Shown here piece after piece: positions 1 through 12,200 of a DNA stretch of 64,000 nt (the first letter of the stretch is position 1; every line of letters starts with the position of its first letter). Below the pieces are notes generated by a model that did not search any database, had not been told where the DNA came from, and was given only the letters and a program-made list of their open reading frames with translations. The position numbers were made by a program, and so were the translations under genes. The stretch spans positions 124,001-188,000 of the forward strand of contig BAAIJX010000040.1 of NCBI GenBank assembly GCA_054600435.1. The letters run 5' to 3'. The stretch comes from Neophaeotheca triangularis (Eukaryota).

Positions 1-3000
1 GGTGGAAGTTCAGGTCAATGACGCTTGGCGCGAGTGGCGCTTGCGCAGGTGCCCTGGAGGCTACCGAAGTCGTCATTTCATCAACAACCTAACTTTCAAG
101 GCTGAGCAATGTGGCCGTGCCTTGCCATCAATCTTGAATGCTAGTAATCTAGCAGTGGCCTGTCTCGATGCATCTAGTAAGCAGCGCGAGGCTGATGCGC
201 GGCGACTCACCGACAGTCGTATCGCATTTCAAGCTCCATAGTGGCAGCTCACGAAGCTTCGCAGAGCTGGAGAGCCTTCCTGCCCAAACGGACTCGAAGG
301 CGCCTTATATATAAGCCCGACGAGCTCTGCACACAACGCGATGACTAGATATATACAAAGAGTAGCCACGCGAGTGCTTCACATTCTCATCAACGAAGGG
401 AAGTCTACGGGCATGGTGGAATGACCAGAGATGTCTGCGACGCGAGTCACGCGATGCCACGCGCGGTGCGCTTCACACTGGGAGCTCATGATTCTACCTA
501 CATCTTCTCAGAGCTGGGCATGCCCCAAGTGCTGGGTATGCGTCGATGGATGGGTATACTCATCACTGGCATCCGGAGAACGCAAAGTCCTTTCAGGTGT
601 ACCACCTGTTGGAATGCTGATGATGGTACTCGTTACATTGTACTGACCATCGACAGGAATACGCATGCCATGAGGCTTCAAGACATATTATCTAATACCC
701 GATTGGATTGAGCACTGGCAAGCCAGGTGAGGTAGCGAAGCTGTCAATTGCTACCGAAGGGTAACTGAAGCGGTAGCCAGGTTTGGATCCTCGATGCAAG
801 TACCCGATTGGAGAGAGAAGTGGCAACCCGAGTGATGAAGCTCTCAATTGCTACCCAGTAGGCACCAAAGTGGTGGTCTACGAATCCTCGACTCAATCGT
901 GGTACGGTATCGACGGTGTCCAGACAAGCCAGGGTAGTGGAACGTGAGCTATCGACAGATAACTGCACCTGACGGACCACCTGGAGAGGAAACATCCCCT
1001 TTAAGCTACTGGTGGCAAAACAGACCGGAATGCCAGGTACTGTACCCACTCATTCGCCCGCAGCCCGAATATCTGGACACATCTGACTCAACCCGACGGT
1101 ACCTACCTAGCCTTGTCAGCGCATCGGTGACATAGACGGCCAGACTAATGCCTGGACTCATTTCTCGACAGGGCTAGTTACAAGATTGATGACAGCGAGC
1201 TGATATCTCGTCACGAGTACCAGACCACATTCATGAGCTGTGCTATGACTTACATGACCGGAGTGGATGCACGACCAACGCTTGGCCTCAGTGTCAATGA
1301 TCAAAAGATCTGATTATTCTCTTGGCGATAAGCTCGAACCGATTGCCACCAGCCGGCGGTTAGGTTGGTGTTCGCGTGGCAAGTGCAAGATCGTCGTTTG
1401 TGAGTCGTGAACCGTGAGTCGTGAGTCGTGAGCGAGAATGTTTGAATCCCAGGCGAGCGGTAACGACCTCAAGTTCGCGAAAGCCCATCCATGGTAGAGA
1501 TGAGCCTCAAATCCATAGTGCGTGCTTGAAACGGTCTTTGAGCAACACTATTGCAATCAATCTCCCCGACTGAAAGGAACGGTGGAGTCGCTTTGGCCCG
1601 AAGAACCAAACAGCGAGTCGCTTTTCCCGTTTTTGACAGGTCCTTTGAACCTCGTTCCGGGTTTAGCGCCTTCGCCAAGGAGTCGGTCTACGTCGGGCTG
1701 GAAACATGGAGTCAAAATGCTTTAAACTTACCTCAACCCCGGATTCTTAAATCCACGTCACCTATCGGTATCCTCCTCCTCCTCCTCCTCCTCACCTCTT
1801 TTTTGTCTAGAACGTTGGAGGGTTGTTCCGTGACCGCGACTACTAGTTGATCCACGTTGGGAGTCGAGGGACTAGTTGGCAATAGGTGGTCTTGTCAAGA
1901 TTCCCAAGTCGGACACGTTATTGTTGGAATGAGGTTGAGTGTGGGCGTGCGAAGTGTAGACAGCACTTTTGTTGAGGAACACCATGGGGTTTTGAATGGG
2001 ACGAGGTAGTCTGCTCTCGGCGCGGATTCCCCAGAATCAGAATCGATGAATTCTTCCCCCACCATAATCTCCAAAAGCAAGTCTTTCTGGGGCACATTCC
2101 GTGTTGGCCGTCGGAGAGCACGCTTGCTGGTTCGGTGTGTTGATTCGATTCTGACTTCACCAAGCTATGCTTGGGCGGCGCATCTGCTCATGATCCCAAG
2201 CTGATAGGGTTGTCTGCTCTTTTCGCCCCGCAATCTTAGTATAGCATCATGCGATCTTGGCATGGGTGCGGTTAAGCAACAAAGCGCCTATCCTAGCAAG
2301 CCAGCAACCATACTCGCCGACCCCTCGCTTCTGTCGAGGCAGTCTTGGATCAAATCTCCACCTTTGAGACGCCGCCGACATAGGCACACGGGCGATGTGC
2401 TTCTCGCTGTATGTGCACGAATCACCGCGCTGCAACCCGCTTGGGAAAGGCCGCAGACTTTGGGGCTCCGCTTCCGGTACTTTGGTCGTCCCCACGAAAG
2501 CAAGACCTGAACGAATAAGCATCTAGCCGAGGAAAGGTCGCTTATCAACTTCTATGGAGCCCAACCTACCCTTTCGGTGAGGGCAACCGCCACTGACTCC
2601 GGGAATGGCCTTTGTCCTTGTCGATCTGCACCACCTCGCCATATTTGACAGGAAACAAGGAAGCTCTCTACCGCTGTTAGTCCGCTCTGGGCTCCCGCTC
2701 TCCAGCTTCAAGTGAAGACGTAGTGTTCCTGTGAAAATAAGCACGATCTGATCTTAGCGAGCCCAGGGTAGCGGTATGCTGATCGATCGAACAGCCAATC
2801 AAGAGCACTCAGCCAGCTACAACCCGCTGCAGACCGCTGTCTGTCCACCCATAACTCATGCCATAACGCCACACGTGAGTGTTGGCATCGGAGAACTTCG
2901 TTGGTCGAAGCCAAGGGATCAGATCAGACAGCCCGCTCATACCACAGCACTGGGTCGTTTCGCCTCAACGAAAGCGAGCCTTTAACCTTTTGCAGTTGGA

Positions 3001-3215
3001 TGTTACTGGCAAACGATCATGGATAATCGAATCTGTGGGACCTTCTAACGCCACGCGGGATATCGAACGAGGTAGGTGTTGATCTTGTCTTCTGGATATA
3101 GAGTTAAAAGAGACCATTATCCCCCCAAAGCTCTTCAGTCCAGCAAACGACGAGCATAGAAGCTCATTGCGAGGTATTGTATTTCTCCCCTACCCTCGCT
3201 GAACACTAACCAGTC

Positions 3216-6200
3216 ATGCGTTACGGTATCGCGTTGGCTGCCTTGAGCACCATTGCTCAGGCAAGTCCACTGTACCGTCGCGCTCCATGCGACCCCCAGC
3301 CTCCCGGCGCTCCAGGTGCTCCCGTTCCAAGCCCAAATACGCCTGCGGCCTTCAGGAACAGCGCAGAAATCGAGGAGATTGCCTCGTCTGCTGCGGCGCC
3401 AGAGGGCTACGACGTGGCTTACTCGAACCTGGCTGCCTCCAACAAGTAAGTGTCGAAAGAGCTGGCCACATTCAAGGCCATGAAATTGACACTCTATCAG
3501 TGAACCATCTGGGTATCTCACCTTCCAATCCATCAACGTATACGACCCGTCTATTTGCGCCGCCCGTTGCGATAGCATCGATGGCTGCACATCCTTCAAC
3601 ATCTATTTCCAACGCTCCCCTAGCGTCGAGCCTGGTTACAACGAGTGCCAAAATCCCGAGGCAGTTGTTTACATTCACTGCGGTTTCTGGCAAAACCAAA
3701 TCTCCATTGCAAATGCTGTCAACACGGGCCAATTCCGCGCTGACTTTCAAGTGCTTATTGGTGGTTCCAACGGTTACACTAGAAGAGATGCTCCAACCAC
3801 GACTGAGAGCACAGTTGAGCCTCCTGTCGAGACTACACCACCCGTCGAGCCTCCGGTTGAGACTGAGACCGTCCAGCCGATCACCACCTCGACTGACACT
3901 GTAGTCGAGCCTCCCGTCGAGACTACACCACCGGTCGAGCCTCCGGTCGAGACTGAGACTGTCCAGCCGATCACCACCTCGACTGACACTGTAGTCGAGC
4001 CTCCCGTCGAGACTACACCACCGGTCGAGCCTCCGGTCGAGACTGAGACTGTCCAGCCGATCACCACCTCGACTGACAGCGTAGTCGAGCCTCCGGTCGA
4101 GACTACACCACCGGTCGAGCCTCCGGTCGAGACTGAGACTGTCCAGCCGATCACCACCTCGACTGACACTGTAGTCGAGCCTCCGGTCGAGACCGAGACG
4201 GAAACTCTCCCACCCGTTGAGACTGAGACCGAGACCGTTCCTCTCCCACCTGTTGAGTCCGAGACCGAGACTGTTCTTCCCCCAGTTGAGACTGAGACCG
4301 AGACTGCTCTTCCTCCAGTTGAGACTGAGACTGCTCTTCCCCCAGTTGAGACTGAGACCGAGACCGTTCCTCTCCCACCTGTTGTGACTGAGACTGAGAC
4401 CGCTCTTCCTCCAGTTGAGACTGAGACTGAGACCGCTCTTCCCCCGGTTGAGACCGAGACCGAGACCGTCCCTCTCCCACCTGTTGTGACTGAGACCGAG
4501 ACTCTCCCACCTGTCGCCACTGAGACCGAGACTCTCCCACCTGTCGCCACTGAGACCGAGACTGCTCTTCCTCCAGTTGAGACTGAGACTGAGACCGCTC
4601 TTCCCCCGGTTGAGACCGAGACCGAGACCGTCCCTCTCCCACCTGTTGTGACTGAGACTGAGACTCTCCCACCTGTCGCGACTGAGACTGATACCGTTCT
4701 CCCGACCGGAACAGAGACTCTTGAGCCAACCACGTCTTCCGTTGCTCCTTCGCCCGCCACTTGCGCACCCCAGCCCCCGGGCGCCCCAGGTGCTCCTGTC
4801 CCTACACCAAACACCGCGCAAGGATTCCGGGATAGCGCCGAGCTTGATGCTCTGGCATTGGGCGCTAGCACTCCGGAAGGTTACGAGCTGGTTTACCAAA
4901 ACCTCGAAGCCTCCAACTCGGCTCCCGGCTACATAACCTACCAAGCTGTTGGTGCCTACCAGCCCGGCGAGTGTGCAGCTCGTTGTGACGAGCTTAGCGG
5001 TTGCCAGTCTTTCAACATTTACTTCCAGCGCAACCCGAGCGTTGACCCCAACAGCCCAGCCTGTCTTAGCCCTCCAGCAGTGATCAACATCTTCTGTGCT
5101 TTCTGGACTACCGATATCTCTGCTGTCAATGCCAACAACTTTGGCGAGTTCCGTGGCAGCTTCCAGGTCCTCATCGGCGGATCCAACGGCTACGTAAGGA
5201 TCGCTGGTGCCCCAACCGGGACTGACACCGCGACTGCCGTCCCTCTACCCACTGACACGCTGACCATCTCTACCGACACTGCTCTGCCGACTGAGACTGA
5301 TGTTGAGACCGTTCTCCCGACTGCATCTCTTACGACTACCGAATCGTTGTCTCTGGATCTCCCATTCCCAACTCAGACGGAAGGGCCTTTCCCGACAGAG
5401 ACCCTTACCTTGATTACGGAAACTGCCACCGACACGGAGACCTTCCCCCCGTTCACGGAGACCGGCACTGAGCTGACTCTGCCGACCGCGACTGACACAG
5501 AGACCGTTGTCACTCTCCCGGACACCACTCTAACTCTTCCAGTCACCGAGACCGACACTGACCTGCCGATCGTGACTGATACGGAGACTGTCGTCACTCT
5601 CCCGGACGCTACTTTGACTCTTCCGGTCACCGAGACAGACACTGATTTGCCGATCGTGACTGACACGGAGACTGTCGTCACTCTCCCGGACGCTACTCTG
5701 ACTCTTCCGGTCACCGAGACAGACACTGATTTGCCGATCGTGACTGACACGGAGACTGTCGTCACTCTTCCGGACACTACCCTGACCTTCCCCCCTTTCA
5801 CGGAGACGGACACTGACCTACCGATCGCGACTGACACAGAGACTGTCGTTACCCTCCCTGATACCACTCTGACTCTTCCGGTCACCGAGACAGACACTGA
5901 TTTGCCGATCGTGACTGATACGGAGACTGTCGTCACTCTTCCGGACACTACTCTGACCTTCCCCCCTTTCACGGAGACGGATACTGACCTACCGATCGCG
6001 ACTGACACAGAGACTGTCATTACCCTCCCTGACACCACTCTGACCTTCCCCCCTTTCACGGAGACGGACACTGTCATAACTGTACCAAGCGACAGCGTCA
6101 CGGTCCCTCTCCCCACGGATGTTGACACTGAGACCGTCGTCACTCTTCCGGACACAACGGTGACTCTTCCTTTCACGGAGACTGATACCGCGGCTCCTAC

Positions 6201-9200
6201 TGCCACAGCTACTCCTGATGACGTTGATGCGGTCATCGACATCATCATTGACATTGGAGCTCAGGATTTCTGTAGCACACTATTGTCCCTCGACCTGGGA
6301 ATTGGCCTCACCCGTCGCCATGCAATCTCGAAGCGCCAGATCAACCTTCCAATCGCCGTCCCAGACGCTCTTCTCGGCGTCGACCTCGACGTTCTCACGA
6401 CCGCTTGCCGCGCGGTAGTTGGCCCAGACCCAACTGCCACCACCACTGCACCAGCCCCGACTAGCACACCTGACTTGATCGCCGATGCACTTTTCAGGAT
6501 TCTGAGCTCAGGAAACCAGCCTTTCTGTCGAACACTACTATCGCTTGACGTTGATCTTGGCCTTGGACTCGATCTTCCTATCTTTGGTAACCTCTTGCGC
6601 CGCTTCACGCGTTCAAAGCGTCAAGTTGACCTTGGTGATTTGGTCATTCCTGATGTCCTTGTTGGCATTGATCTCAATGTTCTCGGCGCTGCTTGCAGAC
6701 AAGCTATTGCGCTGCCCACTTCGGTCACTGAGATCCCAGCGCCCACGACCTCGTCTGCAGTGGAGCCCACAACTATCGTTGACCCGACAACTACGATTGA
6801 GTTGCCTGTCACTGAGACCGACACCGAGCTGCCTATCACTGAGACTGACACGGAAGTTGTTGAGCCGACGACCACGATTGAGTTGCCTGTTACTGAGACC
6901 GACACCGAGCTGCCTATCACTGAGACCGACACGGAAGTTGTTGAGCCGACGACCACGATTGAGTTGCCTGTCACTGAGACCGACACCGAGCTGCCTATCA
7001 CTGAGACCGACACGGAAGTCATTGAGCCGACGACCACGATTGAGTTGCCTGTTACTGAGACCGACACCGAGCTGCCTATCACTGAGACCGACACGGAAGT
7101 TATCGAGCCGACAACCACGATTGAGTTACCTGTAACTGAGACCGACACCGAGCTGCCTATCACTGAGACCGACACGGACGTCGTCGAGCCGACGACTACA
7201 ATCGAGCTGCCTGTTACTGAGAGTGAAGTTCCAGTGCCAACGACTACGGTCACGCTGCCTGAAATTGATCTGCCCACTACTACGGCTACCGACGTGCCTA
7301 CGGCCACCGAAATCCCGGATCTTACCACCTCGACCGCGCCGCTTCCGACGGCCACTCCTGAGGAAGATGCTGAAGTTCTTGCTGCCCTCAGTATCATCTT
7401 GAACATCGGAGCGCAAGATTTCTGCATCGCGCTACTCGACCTGAACCTTGGCGTACAGAGCACCGACGCGCTTCGTCGCCGCAGCAGAGTACATGCGCGT
7501 CAAATCGACCTTCCTGGGCTTCCAACAATCCCCACGGCCCTTGTGGGCATCGATCTCGATGTTCTCTCGCGCGCTTGTCGCCTGGCGGGAGATCTCCCAG
7601 CTACCACGACTGGCACCTTCCCAAGTGGCTTGCCAACAGACGTCACCGAGCTACCTGTTCCTACAGAGATCATTCCAACTTTGACCGACCTGTTCCCGTC
7701 GGTTTCTGTCCCAACCGACCTCCCGACCGATGTAGAGGAGCCTACGTTGACCCTTCCCACGGACCTCATCCCTAGCTTGACGGACTTGTTCCCGACTCTC
7801 GTTCCCACCGATGATGAGCCGACTCTCATTCCTACGGACTTCACTGAGATCCCGGTACCTACGGACATTATCCCTACCTTGACTGACCTGTTCCCGTCGG
7901 TTTCTGTCCCAACTGATCTTCCGACCGATATCGAGGAGCCTACCTTGACTCTTCCCACGGACCTCATTCCTAGCTTGACTGACCTGTTCCCGACTCTCGT
8001 TCCCACCGATGATGAGCCGACTCTCATTCCTACGGACTTCACTGAGATCCCAGTACCTACGGACATTATCCCTACCTTGACTGACCTGTTCCCGTCGGTT
8101 TCTGTCCCAACTGATCTTCCGACCGATATCGAGGAGCCTACTTTGGTTGTCCCTACTGACATTGTCCCATCTCTGACTGATCTGTTCCCTACCCTTGTCC
8201 CTACCGACGTTACGGAGATCCCAGTACCCACGGATATTATCTCTTCTCTAACAGACCTGTTCCCTACGATCTCTGTCCCGACCGACCTTCCAACCGACAT
8301 CGAGGAACCTACTTTGACTGTTCCTACCGACATCATTCCGTCTCTGACTGATCTTTTCCCTACCCTTGTCCCCACCGACGTTACGGAGATCCCAGTACCC
8401 ACGGATATTATCTCTTCTCTAACAGACCTGTTCCCCACGATCTCTGTCCCGACCGACCTTCCAACAGACATCGAGGAGCCGACTTTGACTGTTCCTACCG
8501 ACATCATTCCGTCTTTGACTGATTTGCTCCCTACCCTCATCCCTATCGACGTCACAGAGATTCCAGTACCCACGGACATCATTTCCTCGTTGACAGACCT
8601 GTTCCCAACCATCTCTGTCCCGACCGACCTTCCAACAGACATTGAGGAGCCGACTTTGACCGTTCCTACAGACATCATCCCCTCATTGACCGACCTGTTG
8701 CCAACGCTCATTCCAACAGATGTCCCTCTCCCTACTATCTCGACCCCGCCGATTGCGGCTGATATTCTTATTACGGATCAGATCTTCTCGGCTCTGTCTG
8801 CCATTCGGGGCTCCGGGTCGCAGGATTTCTGCACTGACCTGCTCGGCCTTGATCTTGGTGTCGACGCTGGCTTTTCAGCTGGTACTTTGCAACGACGCGA
8901 CATGGTATATGCCCGTCAGCTTGGCATTCCCGGTGGCTTCCCAACTATCCCGTCGGCTCTTGCAGGAATCAACATTCAACTCCTTGTTGCGGCTTGCAGG
9001 CAAGAGGTCACGGCTCCAGCGACCACCACGGGTACATTTGTCTTGGTCACCGCCCTCCCTACAGGTCTTCCGCTCCCGTCTGATCTTACGGAGATTCCCA
9101 TTCCCACAGAAATCATTCCTTCTTTGACGGAGCTGATTCCTACATTGACGGACCTAATCCCGACCGATCTCCCTACTGGTGAATTCCCCACTTTGACCGT

Positions 9201-12200
9201 ACCAACGGACATTGTGCCGTCGATTAGCGACATCATCTCTGATCTTCCTACCGACGTTCCCCTTCCAACGGACTTCACTGAGCTCCCGATCCCAACGGAC
9301 CTTATTCCTTCTCTCACATCCCTCTTCCCTACTTTGACCGAAGTAATCCCCACAGATCTTCCAACGGATGAGATCCCTACACTGCCCATTCCTACGGACA
9401 TTGTGCCCTCGATAACGGATCTCATCCCCACCGATCTTCCGACAGATCTGACCGAGCTTCCTATTCCCACAGAGATCATTCCATCTCTGACTGAAATTAT
9501 CCCTACCCTTACCGACGTTATCCCAACCGACCTTCCCACCGACGTCCTTCCCACCTTGACTATCCCCACCGACCTCGTACCCTCAATCACCGAGCTCTTC
9601 CCTACGGATCTCCCAACCGATCTCCCGCTTCCGACAGATCTCACAGAGCTTCCAGTTCCTACGGACCTCATTCCGTCGCTTACTGAGCTCTTCCCGACCC
9701 TGACGGACATTGTTCCTACGGATCTGCCTACTGATGTCGAGGTTCCGACTCTTACTCTGCCTACGGAAATCATTCCTTCCCTGACGGAGGCGTTACCAAC
9801 TTTGACAGACCTCCTACCTACGGATCTGCCGACTGACCTCCCCTTGCCGACTGATTTCACTGAGCTGCCTATCCCCACAGAGATCATTCCTTCTATCACT
9901 GAGCTCTTCCCTACCCTAACAGACATTGTTCCTACGGACCTACCTACTGATATTGAGGTTCCTACTTTGACTCTACCTACCGGCATCATTCCGTCTCTGA
10001 CGGAGGCCCTTCCGGAACTGACCGATCTCGTCCCAACTGATCTTCCAGTCCCATCTCTCACAGAGGTACCTATTCCCACAGAGATCATTCCCTCCTTGAC
10101 AGAGATTCTGCCTACCCTCACCGACATCATTCCAACCGATGGGCTTCCCACAGGGATTGAGGTTCCTACTCTGACCCTGCCTACTGACATCATCCCTACC
10201 CTGACGGATCTTTTCCCTACCATCGAGCTCCCAACCGATCTCCCGCTGCCAACTGACCTCCCGTTGCCGACTGATATCACTGAGCTTCCTATTCCCACCG
10301 AGCTTATCCCCAGCTTGACCGAAGCAATTCCAGACCTCACGGATATCATTCCTACAGACCTCCCAACCGGCATTGAAGTTCCTACCCTTACGGTACCAAC
10401 GGACCTCATCCCGTCAATCACCGAGGTGCTGCCGGAGCTGCCTCTCCCGACCGAAGTCACTGAGCTTCCTATTCCCACAGAGCTTATCCCCAGCTTGACC
10501 GAAGCAATTCCAGACCTCACGGATATCTTTCCTACGGACCTCCCAACCGGCATTGAAGTCCCAACCTTGACAATCCCAACGGATCTTGTACCTAGCTTGA
10601 CCGAACTCCTTCCTACAGACGTTATTCCCACTGACCTGCCCGATGTCACTGGCATTCCAATCCCGACTGACTTCATTCCTACCCTCACGGAAATTTTGCC
10701 AACTTTGACAGACATCATTCCCACTGATCTTCCTACTGGCATCGAGATCCCGACCATCACTGTTCCAACAGAGCTTGTCCCATCTCTGACGGAACTTATT
10801 CCCACCATCTTGCCGCCTGACAACACGGAGATCGTCATTCCCACGGACATTCTCCCTACCTTGTCCGACCTATTGCCTGAGATCACTCTGCCTACCGCTC
10901 TTCCTACTGACGTCGACCTTCCAACCATTACGGTGCCGACCGAGATTGTTCCATCTATCACCGAGCTTTTCCCCACCATTGAACTGCCACTCCCAAGTGA
11001 TCTCACCGAGATTGTCGTCCCGACTGAGCTCATCCCTGATATCACGGACATTCTCCCAACTGGGATCATCCCCACAGATCTCCCTACGGACGTTGAACTG
11101 CCTACCTTGACTGTTCCTACTGGCCTTATTCCCAGCATCACGGAAGCTCTCCCTGATCTTCCAATTGATACCGACGTCACGCAAATCATTGTTCCCACGG
11201 AGCTGTTCCCATCCTTGACTGGTGTTCTTCCGACCGAGGTGTTCCCGACCGACCTTCCCACCGACATTGACCTTCCAACACTCGAAATTCCCACAGAGAT
11301 CCTTCCTAGCTTGACCGACTTCCTCCCGAGCGACATTTTTACGGAGATCGTTGTACCTACCGATGTGATCCCTGATATCACGGATGTCCTACCGTCAGAC
11401 ATTGTCATCCCTACCGATGTTCCGTTGCCTACGATAACGGTACCCACCAACATCATCCCTGATTTGACCGAGGCGCTTCCCACGCTTGTTCCGACGGAAC
11501 TCACGGAAATTATTGTACCCACCGAGCTCATCCCAGACATTACGGAGATTCTTCCAACTGACATTGTCATTCCTACCGACGTTGAGCTTCCAACTTTGAC
11601 GGTTCCCACCGACATCATCCCAAGCTTGACGGAGGTGCTTCCTACCGGCATCATTCCTACTGATCTCACCGAGATTGTGGACATTCCCACGTTGACGATC
11701 CCCACGGCCGTTCCTACCATCACGACTCCTCCCATCGCCACTGGCGTCCCGGTTGGAGACCAGATTACCGCTGCCCTTGGAGTTATTGTTGACATCAATG
11801 CGCAGCCATTCTGTCGCAACTTGCTTGGCTTCGCTGATGGAATCATAAGTTCTGTCATTCCAGTTACTACAACTCCCACCGTTACTCTTGGTGTGCCTGG
11901 CATCATCAGCACCGTCCTCAGCGTTCCTCGACCACCAATCTCACCAACCATCCCCAATACAGCGAACTTTGGCAATGGTGTCCTTCCTTCGGCAGGATTC
12001 GGATTGAGCCTGGACGCCAATCTCCCCGGACTCGGGCTCAATATTGACGTCGGCCTTGGTTTACCCGTCCTTGGCAGACGCAGCAGGCTCTCAGCGCGCC
12101 AACTTGGAGGTAACCTTCCAACGCCACCTGCGCAACTTGCTGGCTTCAATATCGACATCATCGCCGCCGCCTGCCAACAAGCCGTTTCGCCACCAAGTAC

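Noticed and set aside
1..76. Possible minus-strand gene start (MTTSVASRAPAQAPLAPSVIDLNFH...) with a TATA-like tatatataa near 306
   Set aside because: Only 25 codons lie inside the window and no family is recognisable; it cannot be supported.
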